From an uncultured Pseudohongiella sp. (GTDB lineage Bacteria > Pseudomonadota > Gammaproteobacteria > Pseudomonadales > Pseudohongiellaceae), in the NCBI GenBank assembly GCA_965206945.1, contig OZ242251.1, positions 110,549-174,548 on the forward strand: DNA of 64,000 nt, written 5' to 3'. Each line of letters begins with the position of its first letter. The first letter of the stretch is position 1. The notes beneath the pieces were generated by a model, which was given only the letters and a program-made list of their open reading frames with translations, did no database searches and was not told the origin of the DNA. The translations under genes and the position numbers were made by a program. Positions 28,131 to 36,955 of the stretch are shown here, piece after piece.

Positions 28131-28916
28131 CTATTCGATAAGTTCAACACTTACGCGTTGAAGAATTGGGTACACCGCCGGCCCGAATTGATTGTAGACC
28201 GCAACGTCAGCTGCGTCACGACCAAAACCTATAGCCACATATCCTGGTGTCATTTCTTCCTGCGTGGCATCGAATGCATACCAGCGCCCTCCCACAAAAG
28301 CTTCAAACCAGGCGTGCATATCCATGGGCTCCAGGCCGTAGTTATACCCTACCACCAAGCGAGCAGGAATACTGATTGCGCGACAGAGTGCTATGCCCAG
28401 ATGAGAAAGGTCGCGACAAACACCTGACTGTTTTCTATTCACTTCGACAGCGGAAATAGGATCATCACTACTGCCAGGCTCATAACGAATCGTTCTGCGC
28501 AACCAGTCTTCAATGGCAGCGACCTGGTCATAGCCTAACAATTGACCTTCGGTTATCTGAAGTGCCATGTGGTTGAAGCTTTCCGATTCGCAGTATCTGC
28601 TAGGCAAAAGGAAACTCAGCACCTCATCGGGAAGCAGTTGAACCTCGACGAAGGCTGCACCTGGGGCCTTGTCGATAATATCGGTAGTCATAACTTCCGC
28701 CGCAGTGTGAATAGCAAAACGCCCAGGCGCAGCGACTAATCGTTGACAGAGATTTCCATAGTTATCCGTAAACTCGAATGCGGGAACATTGGGAGTCAAC
28801 TTATACTCCTCGCGACTAATCCATTGTTGGGCCCCACTGCGAGGTCTAAGCATGAGAATAAAAGGTGTGGATACTGAAATTTCAAACTCAAAATCACAGC
28901 TAGTAGCTAACAGCAT
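28131..28916 (-). CDS. Transglutaminase-like cysteine-peptidase-fold protein with a Bact_transglu_N-type N-terminus.
   Basis: 261 aa. Cys-His-Asp core: [10 protein letters not shown] ... [19 protein letters not shown]. Confidence 0.8.
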   Translation of the reverse strand: MLLATSCDFEFEISVSTPFILMLRPRSGAQQWISREEYKLTPNVPAFEFTDNYGNLCQRLVAAPGRFAIHTAAEVMTTDIIDKAPGAAFVEVQLLPDEVLSFLLPSRYCESESFNHMALQITEGQLLGYDQVAAIEDWLRRTIRYEPGSSDDPISAVEVNRKQSGVCRDLSHLGIALCRAISIPARLVVGYNYGLEPMDMHAWFEAFVGGRWYAFDATQEEMTPGYVAIGFGRDAADVAVYNQFGPAVYPILQRVSVELIE

Positions 28917-29040
28917 AACGAACCCTTAGATCATTAGAACGCTTACAGAGAGGTTTGTGGTCAGACAAAATTCTCTATTTCCCAGTCGAAGTGCAGTTTT
29001 GAACTATCTGATTCTTGCGACTTCGAACAAGCCATCAATA

Positions 29041-29263
29041 TCATGTCTCTTCTAATTTCTCCCTTAAGGCTTCTAGTGTTCTTTCAATACCAGGCTTCCA
29101 ACCGACGGCTAACAGATACAAATAACATCGCCCAATCATACAAGCTTTTGCCCCCATAGCCAGTGCTTTCTATACATGAGTGTCTCGCAGCAATCCGCTG
29201 CACACCACCATCGAGTATGATTTCGACCTTGTCACTCACTGCATCAACGATGCAAGCTAATGC
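29041..29263 (-). pseudogene. C-terminal fragment of an FMN-dependent alpha-hydroxy-acid dehydrogenase (LldD/glycolate oxidase family), frameshifted and with an internal stop.
   Basis: The minus-strand translation gives ALACIVDAVSDKVEIILDGGVQR in one frame. In another frame, after a TAG, it gives KALAMGAKACMIGRCYLYLLAVGWKPGIERTLEALREKLEET*. No N-terminal two-thirds of the gene is present. Confidence 0.6.
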
Positions 29264-29265
29264 GT

Positions 29266-29576
29266 TTCCCTGGAGTAAAAGTGATACTAGCGCCAGCTCA
29301 CTTAAAAGGTAGCGGAATGTTGGCAAAAGCAAAAAAGCTGGCCGATGCTCATGGGTGCTTCTTAACCCCTCAGTTCGAAAATGAAGCCCACGCGCGAATA
29401 CATGAGAAAACTACGGGGATAGAAATTCTAAGAGATTTCGAAGGCAAACGATTGGATTACTGGCTTACTGGTTTTGGAACGGGCTGGGCCTGGAAGCAAT
29501 ATTGTGTGCATACTCCCAGACACCAGTGAACGCTACCTTACTGCGCCGCTATTTGAAGGAATCGATGCCGAAATGA
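29266..29576 (+). pseudogene. Cysteine synthase (CysK/CysM family) remnant. It is 5'-truncated, carries an internal deletion of about 105 codons, and is frameshifted.
   Basis: Frame 1 reads PGVKVILAPAHLKGSGMLAKAKKLADAHGCFLTPQFENEAHARIHEKTTGIEILRDFEGKRLDYWLTGFGTG, comparable to E. coli CysK LGANLVLT...[21 protein letters not shown]...AGVGTGGT. Frame 2 then reads GSNIVCILPDTSERYLTAPLF, comparable to [20 protein letters not shown]. Confidence 0.65.
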
Positions 29577-29674
29577 ACACAAAGAAATTAAGATCGTCGA
29601 ATCCACAGCAAACTAGCGTTTCGATACTCCATTCTGGAGCGCTGCCTAAGCCTATACAATCTGACTGGGCTGGA

Positions 29675-31042
29675 TCAATCAGTATCGTGCAAATTGGTCT
29701 TATAGGTTTCTGTTAGCAGAATTACTGATATCAAAGAGAGCAATGAAGCAATCGCTATGTAGACCGACACCCAGACTATGTCATATTCTTTCCATAGTAT
29801 AGTTGCTATGGTTGGAGCAAAAGCACCGCCAAAAATAGCACCAACTTGATAGCCCAGAGAAGCTCCAGAATAACGAACCTCAGTACTGAATAGTTCGGCA
29901 AAGAATGCCGCTTGCGGCCCATACATCATGCCAAGAAATCCCAAGCCACCGCTTATGCCAAGTACTATCAACCAGAAATTTCCGGTATCGATGAGAGGAA
30001 ACAGGGCAAACGCCCAGATGCCGGTAAGAATCGCGCCCAGCATGAATATTCCACGCCTGCCATTGCGATCGGAATAGGCCGCAGCCACAAACTGGGTCGG
30101 CACTTGAATTGCTGATGCCAATAACACTGCGAATAACATTTGATCTCTGGTCATGGCTACGCCATTTGTATCAGTTCCGTAAGCCAGCACAAAGCCAATC
30201 AAGATATAGAACGCCACCTGAACAGATAGAAAAGCCCCGGCAGCCAGAGCGATACGTTTGGGATATTTGGCGATAGCCTCAAGTACTGGAGAGCGTCGCA
30301 CAGGCGCGCTGACTGGGGCTTCGGCCTCTTGTTTCTCGCGCAGGGCTTGAAGTTCCTTAAACGCGTCGGTGTCCTCCATGTGCAATTGCACGTACATGCT
30401 AATACCTATCAGCACAACACTGGAGATAAAGGGGATTCGCCAACCCCATTGCAAAAACGCTTCTTCTGAGACTGCATAGCTGATAACCATGAAGGCCACA
30501 TTAGCCAGAATCACACCAACCGGCGCACCAGCTTGGGCATAAGCGCCGTAATAGCCGCGCTTATTGGCCGGTGCACTTTCAGTAACCAATAGCATCGCAC
30601 CTCCCCATTGCCCTCCAATGGCTAGACCCTGGGTGAATCGTAACAAACTGAGCAGTATGGGGGCAGCGACACCAATAGTGGCAAACGTAGGCAGCAAGCC
30701 TATCAGCGTGGAAGCTATCCCCATCATCATCAGGGCAATTACCAGGGTACGTTTTCGTCCTACACGATCACCAAAATGCCCAAACAATATGCCACCCAGA
30801 GGTCTGGCGATGAAACCGAAGGCAAAGGTTCCAAAGGATAGTATCAGGCCTATGGTGGGTGTGCTATCGGGGAAAAAGGCTGACGGAAACACCAAAGCGG
30901 CTGCTGTCGCGTAAAGAAAAAAGTCGTACCATTCAATGCTTGTACCAGCCAGGGCAGTGAGTGCGACTTTCCGCATATTGGCTTGCAACTGTGCTTCATT
31001 TTCAGAACCAACATTGGATGGGGAGCTTGTATCAGCGGACAT
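29675..31042 (-). CDS. MFS transporter, metabolite:H+ symporter (MHS) type.
   Basis: 455 aa with about 12 predicted TM helices. Motif GHFGDRVGRKRTLVIALMMMG and the N-terminal block WYDFFLY, typical of ProP/KgtP/ShiA-like permeases. Confidence 0.85.
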   Translation of the reverse strand: MSADTSSPSNVGSENEAQLQANMRKVALTALAGTSIEWYDFFLYATAAALVFPSAFFPDSTPTIGLILSFGTFAFGFIARPLGGILFGHFGDRVGRKRTLVIALMMMGIASTLIGLLPTFATIGVAAPILLSLLRFTQGLAIGGQWGGAMLLVTESAPANKRGYYGAYAQAGAPVGVILANVAFMVISYAVSEEAFLQWGWRIPFISSVVLIGISMYVQLHMEDTDAFKELQALREKQEAEAPVSAPVRRSPVLEAIAKYPKRIALAAGAFLSVQVAFYILIGFVLAYGTDTNGVAMTRDQMLFAVLLASAIQVPTQFVAAAYSDRNGRRGIFMLGAILTGIWAFALFPLIDTGNFWLIVLGISGGLGFLGMMYGPQAAFFAELFSTEVRYSGASLGYQVGAIFGGAFAPTIATILWKEYDIVWVSVYIAIASLLSLISVILLTETYKTNLHDTD

Positions 31043-31175
31043 GGTGCCTCCAATTTCAACATCTTTTTGTTATCTGCTGCCTGTTTAACAGACGACCGTT
31101 CCGAAGCATAACAGGATTTGCTCTGAGGCCACATTAAAATGAGCCCAAAGGCCCTAAATCCGGTATTATAGTGGG

Positions 31176-31613
31176 ATGTATTATGAATTGATTCGATTGC
31201 TGCACTTTGCCGCAATCTTCGCCTTGGCGGGTGCTCTCGTTATAGAAAATATGGCCATCAAGGTACAGATCAAAGGAGAAGACGCCAGGAATCTGGCTCG
31301 AGTCGATGCCACCTATGGCCTAAGCGCAATACTGGTGTTTGTCTCTGGAATAGCCCTTTGGTTTTGGGTGGGTAAACCCAGCGAGTTCTACACGGCTAAC
31401 CCGATCTTTCAGGTGAAACTTAGTCTATTTGTGCTAATGGCAATCTGCTCCATCTACCCTGCAATTTTTTTTACTCGGCATCGTCCGGGAGAACAGACGT
31501 CAATAGAGGTTCCTACGCCAGTCAGGGTATTGTTAAAATTTCAGTTAGCCCTATTGCTGATAATTCCTTTACTGGCGATTTTAATGGCCCGTGGCTTGGG
31601 TCTGGGTTCTTGA
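31176..31613 (+). CDS. Small integral membrane protein (4 TM helices, possibly DUF2214-like).
   Basis: 145 aa with four hydrophobic helices. The family name is tentative. Confidence 0.55.
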   Translation: MYYELIRLLHFAAIFALAGALVIENMAIKVQIKGEDARNLARVDATYGLSAILVFVSGIALWFWVGKPSEFYTANPIFQVKLSLFVLMAICSIYPAIFFTRHRPGEQTSIEVPTPVRVLLKFQLALLLIIPLLAILMARGLGLGS

Positions 31614-31630
31614 TCCTGGACAAGGAAACC

Positions 31631-31757
31631 AGAGTCTGTCGGATTTAACCATTCCTGGCGAGAGTTTGCAGTCGTGAGCCGTCTAACGAAATTGACCGTG
31701 AAAAATGGCTGATTAGTGCTCTTCCGCAGTAGAACAGTGTTAAGACCGACAGGCTCC
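31631..31757 (+). mobile_element. MITE-like palindromic intergenic element, copy 1. It carries an internal deletion of about 20 bp.
   Basis: The ends agagtctgtcgg ... ccgacaggctcc are inverted repeats. The internal blocks attgaccgtgaaaaatggctgatta and gtagaacagtgttaag are shared with copies at 34565-34714 and 48919-49082. Confidence 0.75.
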
Positions 31758-31783
31758 GAGTGGTAACTTATTCAGCTTGTTAT

Positions 31784-33073
31784 TCATCGCTGCGTATCTG
31801 CGACTGCAACATCCACTGCCTGGCCCAATTTTTCCACAATCTCTTGAACCTGCATCGATTGAATATTAAAAGGGGGAGCCAGCAAAATATGGTTGCCTCG
31901 CAATCCATCGATAGTACCGCTGCCTGGATAGCACATGAGCCCCAGATCCATAGCATGATTCTTAATCAATTGGTCAATTTTCAGGTTCGCATCAAATGGC
32001 CGTTTACTGGCCTTATCTACCACCATCTCTATACCCCAAAATAAACCACGGCCTCGAATATCACCCACGGCAGCTTGATTTGAAAACCGCTGATGTAAGC
32101 CCCTATGTAATTCGGCACCCCTGTTACGAACATTCTCCAACAGGTTTTCCTCTTCTATGCTTTGCTGAACCGCCAGGGCAGCTGCACAAGCGGTTGCATG
32201 GGCCACGTAGGTATGGCCGTGTTTAAACGCCCCGGAGCCGCTTTGCACGGCGTCAAATATTTCGCCTGAACAAAGCATGGCTCCTACAGCTTGATAGCCA
32301 GCTCCCAAAGCCTTCGCTATGGCAACAATATCTGGTCGCAATGCTTCCTGCTCGCAAGCAAACAGGCTCCCAGTACGACCCATGCCACACATTACCTCAT
32401 CGAGGATAAGCAAGATTCCATATTGGTCGCAAATTTCCCTGATTCGTTTCCAGTAACCAGGGGCAGGAACCAGTACCGCCGCGGTTGCGCCGCCCACTGG
32501 CTCGGCGATAAAAGCGATAACATTTTCAGCGCCAATTTGCTGAAGCCGTGTTTCCAGCTCGCAGGCCACCCTAAGACCATAGTCCTCAATAGACTCATCT
32601 TCTGTTTGGTCTCGGTATTGGTAACAGGGGCTGATGTGCTCCACATCCATGAGCAAAGGTCCGTAGGCTTCTCGCCTTGCCTGATTCCCTCCCGCAGCCA
32701 ATGCCCCCAAGGTACTGCCATGGTAACTCTGTCGCCGTGCAATAAAAGTCTGCCTCTGAGGTTCGCCTTTCTCCAGGTAATACTGCCGTGCCAACTTCAG
32801 CGCAGATTCGACCGCCTCCGAACCACCGGATACGAAATACACATGCTGTATGCCCTGCGGTGCACGCTGAACGAGAAAGTCGGCTAACTTTTCAGCCGGC
32901 TCTGAAGTAAAGAACGCGGAGTGAGCAAAGGCTATCTTGTCTACCTGATCTTTTATGGCTTGAGCCACGCGAGGATGAGAGTAACCGAGACAAGAAACCC
33001 CAGCCCCGCCACAAGCATCGAGGTAGCGTTTACCATTGCTGTCAATCATAAGAACCCTGACCGTAGCTTGCAA
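31784..33073 (-). CDS. Class-III (omega) pyridoxal-phosphate aminotransferase. This is the main ORF. The expected first ~26 codons lie in a different frame at 33042-33122.
   Basis: 429 aa. DEVMCGMGRTGSLFA and the PLP-lysine context VAIAKALGAGY. The track start is a TTG. See the frameshift finding. Confidence 0.85.
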   Translation of the reverse strand: MQATVRVLMIDSNGKRYLDACGGAGVSCLGYSHPRVAQAIKDQVDKIAFAHSAFFTSEPAEKLADFLVQRAPQGIQHVYFVSGGSEAVESALKLARQYYLEKGEPQRQTFIARRQSYHGSTLGALAAGGNQARREAYGPLLMDVEHISPCYQYRDQTEDESIEDYGLRVACELETRLQQIGAENVIAFIAEPVGGATAAVLVPAPGYWKRIREICDQYGILLILDEVMCGMGRTGSLFACEQEALRPDIVAIAKALGAGYQAVGAMLCSGEIFDAVQSGSGAFKHGHTYVAHATACAAALAVQQSIEEENLLENVRNRGAELHRGLHQRFSNQAAVGDIRGRGLFWGIEMVVDKASKRPFDANLKIDQLIKNHAMDLGLMCYPGSGTIDGLRGNHILLAPPFNIQSMQVQEIVEKLGQAVDVAVADTQR

Positions 33074-33185
33074 CCGGAAGACCAGCTCGAATCTGACGAT
33101 GAAGAATGTGGGTCTCAGGCATGGTACTTCTCAGCTGACAATGGACTCAGCCGATAGCTGCCGAAACAGTTTCGGAACAGAGAAT

Positions 33186-34376
33186 TCACTGTCCTACAGT
33201 TTTGTCCCAGTCTAAAGCATGGTACTTTTCCAGAACACCTAATAAATCGTCGATGGGAATTGCTCGCAGTTCACCACGGGCACTACTGACCGTAGTCGCC
33301 TTAAGGATGGCGTTGTAGATAGCTTCTTCTGTGGCTTCCGCCGTTGCTGCGAACAAAGGGGTCATGGATTCGTTGACCATCACCTCGATAGCTACTGGTG
33401 CGTCACTGGAGCGAGGTTTACGCACATTGGGATTGGTCGAAAAAGCGATGACATAATCACCGGAACCGTTGCTGGCGAAGGAACCTGTGCGCGCTAGTCC
33501 CATGAGAGCGCGCATCGCTATTCGATCCAGATTCCGTGCCGTCAATGGTGCATCGGTCGCCACAACAATCATGATAGACCCATCTTCTTTATCTGTATCT
33601 GCTATGGGTTCTAGAAACTCTCGATAAGAGTAACTACCAAGCTCTCTGCCCACAGGCGCTCCATTGATTGAAAGCGCACCACCATAATTGGTTTGCACCA
33701 GTACCCCGACAGTATAACCCCCCAGTGTGTCGGGCAAGACTCTGGAACTGGTTCCTATCCCCCCTTTCCAGCCGAAGGCCTGGGTGCCGGTACCGGCACC
33801 TACACTGCCTTCTTCTACCGGGCCACTGCGAGCGTTATTCAGGGCCTCATAGACCTGAGCTTGTTGAATTGGATCTGCCCACATATTATTGACGCGACTA
33901 TCGTTAGTCTCGCCAACAATCGGGTTCAGTGTGTGCTCACCCATCCCTTCTTGCTCATACATCCATTGCTTAAGCGCGTTGGCCGCACTCCAGACACAAA
34001 GCGTGCAAGTCAGAAGTATTGGTGTCTCAATTTCACCAAATTCACGCACCTGGGTTTCACCAACCATCTTGCCGTAGCCATTAGCCGTGTGAATCCACGC
34101 GGGAATGGGGTTGGTATACAAATTTCCAGGTGCTGGAATAATAGCCGTGACACCGGTGCGAATATCATCTCCGCTGATATGGGTCATATGGCCAACCCGC
34201 ACGCCCTCAACATCGGTTATAGCATTCAATTCACCCGGATGAAAAACACCGACTACAAGACCAACTTCTCGAGCGCGGGGTCGAATCGCATCCTGTGCGG
34301 ACAGCGATTGAGCACTGCTGCTTAACAAAAATGTAATAGTAATAAGCAAATTTCTAAATGTCGACTTGTCAGTCAT
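33186..34376 (-). CDS. Peptidase family S58/P1 (DmpA/BapA-like L-aminopeptidase/D-esterase), with a signal peptide.
   Basis: Likely start at the internal Met (MTDKSTFRNLLITITFLLSSSAQSLSA/QD). Motifs AITDVEGVRVGHMT...TGVTAIIP and GGIGTSS, as in the DmpA family. Confidence 0.75.
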   Translation of the reverse strand: MTDKSTFRNLLITITFLLSSSAQSLSAQDAIRPRAREVGLVVGVFHPGELNAITDVEGVRVGHMTHISGDDIRTGVTAIIPAPGNLYTNPIPAWIHTANGYGKMVGETQVREFGEIETPILLTCTLCVWSAANALKQWMYEQEGMGEHTLNPIVGETNDSRVNNMWADPIQQAQVYEALNNARSGPVEEGSVGAGTGTQAFGWKGGIGTSSRVLPDTLGGYTVGVLVQTNYGGALSINGAPVGRELGSYSYREFLEPIADTDKEDGSIMIVVATDAPLTARNLDRIAMRALMGLARTGSFASNGSGDYVIAFSTNPNVRKPRSSDAPVAIEVMVNESMTPLFAATAEATEEAIYNAILKATTVSSARGELRAIPIDDLLGVLEKYHALDWDKTVGQ

Positions 34377-34564
34377 TGTCAGATACCTGTGGTTTAAGCT
34401 GCTGTTCAGAATAACGGCCAACCTGGAACGATCATCCTAAATCGCGAATTGCCCAATTGTAGCACTATGCTGTAGGACTGCATGTACCACTACTCAATTG
34501 TCTGCCTAGATGCCCTTCCAAGCTTATCAGTTTTTCAATCTGATCTGACAGACTGATCTCATCT

Positions 34565-34714
34565 CAGGAGCCTATTGGATTTAAGCATTCGCAGCCACGG
34601 AAAGCAGAAACCAGTCAGTTCTTGCAGTGGTGAGGCGTCTAATGAGATTGTCCCTGAAAATGATTGATTAATGCTTTCTCGTAGTAGAACAGTGTTAAGT
34701 CCGAAAGACTCCTG
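34565..34714 (+). mobile_element. MITE-like palindromic intergenic element, copy 2 (full length, 150 bp).
   Basis: caggagcctattgg...gtagaacagtgttaagtccgaaagactcctg. It aligns over its whole length with the reverse complement of 48919-49082. Confidence 0.8.
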
Positions 34715-34866
34715 TTCTATTCTCGACTGCTTATCTGCGCTATTTCATTTGAATCGCATGGAGTTGCCTGCCCATTTTTGATAAGCTCGGCTTCCTAAAT
34801 GACAGGATGTTCAAGCTCTACCCCTGTCTTTATCGAAGTCCAATTAAGCCCGACACAGAGCATATA

Positions 34867-35169
34867 ATGAAATCACTAGTGAATTCGGCTTCCTTATCTG
34901 AAACCCTGCGGCTTATCTGCCTGTTGCCAGTTGCTGGCTCGTTGCTGTTTTCTCTCGTTGGCAACGCGCAGGAATCTGCATATCAAGTGCCAGGAAGCGC
35001 AGATGGCGTACCCGTTTTGCAGGGTATGTGGGCAGGCAATACGATTACCCCTTTTCCCAGGCCCAAAGAGTTTGGCGACAAGCTATGGGAAGGCGACTGT
35101 TCTCTCCCCGGGGTGTTAGCCGGCGCCAGCTTAGACGAAGCCGAACAAAGCGGGCGAGCTAATGAGTAA
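34867..35169 (+). CDS. Small secreted hypothetical protein, possibly a truncated remnant.
   Basis: MKSLVNS... carries a signal-like segment LLPVAGSLLFSLVGNAQE. Its stop overlaps the next gene's ATG (35162) by 8 nt. I cannot assign a family. Confidence 0.3.
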   Translation: MKSLVNSASLSETLRLICLLPVAGSLLFSLVGNAQESAYQVPGSADGVPVLQGMWAGNTITPFPRPKEFGDKLWEGDCSLPGVLAGASLDEAEQSGRANE

Positions 35170-36487
35170 GACAACTAAAAAGAACAACGAAAAGGGCATT
35201 AATAGTCTTTATCAGAAAGACCCGATAGCTGCCGACCTGTTTCTTTGGGGGCGTCAAAGCAAGCCGCTGAGCAAGCGCGGCTTTCTTAAAAACAGCGGCC
35301 TGCTTGCCATGAGCACAGCACTGGGCATGTCGATTCCTTTCTCGCGCTTTATGCCAGCTGGACTTATTCCTGCTGCCTTCGCAGCCGAAGGTTCAGCTCT
35401 ACAAATCGAAGGAAAGGAAGGTCTCATCGTACTAAATGATCGCCCTATTAACGCCGAGACGCCGGCTCATCTACTCGACGATGACATCACCCCGAATCGC
35501 TATATGTTTGTACGAAATAATGGTTTGACGCCAACAGACGTTGCCCCAAACAACTGGCGGTTGGAAATAGGGGGAGAATCCGTAGAACGACCCATCAGTT
35601 TTTCCATTGCAGACCTCAGGCAACGATTCGAAGAAGTCACTCTTCAGCTACAACTGGAGTGTGGGGGGAACGGACGCAGTGAATTTGCACCGAGAGCCAG
35701 TGGTAATCAATGGAGCACTGGCGCGATAGCTTGCCCAAGCTTTACCGGGGTTCGGCTTAGAGATGTATTAAACTATTGCGGCGTGCTCGGTGATGCTGAG
35801 TATATTGGCTACTATGGAGCAGACATTCATCTAAGTGGTGATCCCGATTTAGATCCGATTTCCCGAGGTGTGCCCATTGACAAAGCACTGGAGCGCGAAT
35901 CGATGATAGCCTGGGCCATGAATGGCGAAGACATACCTTTGCAAAACGGGTTTCCTTTGCGCCTTGTTTGTTCAGGTTGGCCCGCCTCCGTGTCTGGCAA
36001 ATGGCTAAATCGAATTGTGGTACGCAATCAGAAACACGATGGCGAGAAAATGTCAGCGCCTTCATATTCAGTACCTGTTTCACCTGTTGCGCCAGGCACA
36101 CGAGTTCCTGATGAAGACATGCGCACAATTGAATCCATGCCCGTAAAGTCACTGATCACTTTCCCACAATCCGGGACAACGCAGGATGTAAGACAGCGCA
36201 TGACAGTTAGAGGTCACGCCTGGGCTGGGGACAATCAGCTTGCGGCTGTATTTATCTCTATTGACTTCGGCGCCACCTGGCTCCCTTCGGCCCTTGAAGG
36301 CGCCGCTAATCGGCTCGCCTGGCAGCACTGGAATAGCTGGGTGCAGTTTCCTGAACCCGGTTATTACGAAGTCTGGGCGCGCGCGATGGATGCACAAGGA
36401 CGCTCACAGCCAATGGTGGTGCCAGGCTGGAATCCACGGGGTTATTTGAATAATGCTTGTCACCGGGTCGCGGTTCAGGTGGTTTGA
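35162..36487 (+). CDS. Sulfite-oxidase-family molybdopterin oxidoreductase (second paralogue in the window).
   Basis: 441 aa. Tat-like motif with KR (LSKRGFLKNSGLLAMS). Mo-ligand cysteine context LQLECGGNGRSEF. SO-family dimerisation-like C-terminus. Confidence 0.8.
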   Translation: MSKTTKKNNEKGINSLYQKDPIAADLFLWGRQSKPLSKRGFLKNSGLLAMSTALGMSIPFSRFMPAGLIPAAFAAEGSALQIEGKEGLIVLNDRPINAETPAHLLDDDITPNRYMFVRNNGLTPTDVAPNNWRLEIGGESVERPISFSIADLRQRFEEVTLQLQLECGGNGRSEFAPRASGNQWSTGAIACPSFTGVRLRDVLNYCGVLGDAEYIGYYGADIHLSGDPDLDPISRGVPIDKALERESMIAWAMNGEDIPLQNGFPLRLVCSGWPASVSGKWLNRIVVRNQKHDGEKMSAPSYSVPVSPVAPGTRVPDEDMRTIESMPVKSLITFPQSGTTQDVRQRMTVRGHAWAGDNQLAAVFISIDFGATWLPSALEGAANRLAWQHWNSWVQFPEPGYYEVWARAMDAQGRSQPMVVPGWNPRGYLNNACHRVAVQVV

Positions 36488-36556
36488 TTCACATCGACTG
36501 TGAATGAATTCAGCTTGAGTCATCACCTATTGAATAAAGCAGTAATCGAACTAAGT

Positions 36557-36955
36557 ATGGATAAGAAATTGAAACTTTCCTTCTTTAAGCCTTCTTTACT
36601 GATAGCAATCGCAATCACCTTGGCATCTTATAGCTCCTTGCAGCTTGCCACGGCGCAAGAAAATAGCCAGACCGGTGAGTTAATCAAACAACAAGGATGG
36701 CAACTGGTACGGGACAATTGTACCGAGTGCCATACCACTCAAATAATTACGCAAAATTCAGGCACACGGGAAGTTTGGAAAAGTCGACTTGCCTGGATGC
36801 AGGAAACTCAGGGACTTGGGAAACTGGAAGCGGCACTGGAGAGTTCCATATTAAACTACCTGGCTGAAAATTACGGACAAAGAACCAGTTCCAGAAGACC
36901 AGCCCTGGCCGCCCATCTTATGCCTGCTCAGGCAAACCGCAGGGTGAATCGATGA
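36557..36955 (+). CDS. Small monohaem c-type cytochrome (putative electron acceptor of the upstream molybdoenzyme).
   Basis: The ATG at 36557 (MDKKLKLSFFKPSLLIAIAITLASYSSLQLATA/QE) is preferred over the track GTG at 36500. There is a single CTECH haem-binding motif. Confidence 0.65.
   Translation: MDKKLKLSFFKPSLLIAIAITLASYSSLQLATAQENSQTGELIKQQGWQLVRDNCTECHTTQIITQNSGTREVWKSRLAWMQETQGLGKLEAALESSILNYLAENYGQRTSSRRPALAAHLMPAQANRRVNR

Noticed and set aside
27920-28150. 76-aa minus-strand ORF overlapping the 3' end of the transglutaminase-like gene. It contains a CPHC pair.
   Set aside because: There is a single CxxC only, no second metal-binding pair, no family recognised, and a 20-nt overlap with the preceding stop. 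The support is insufficient to call a gene.
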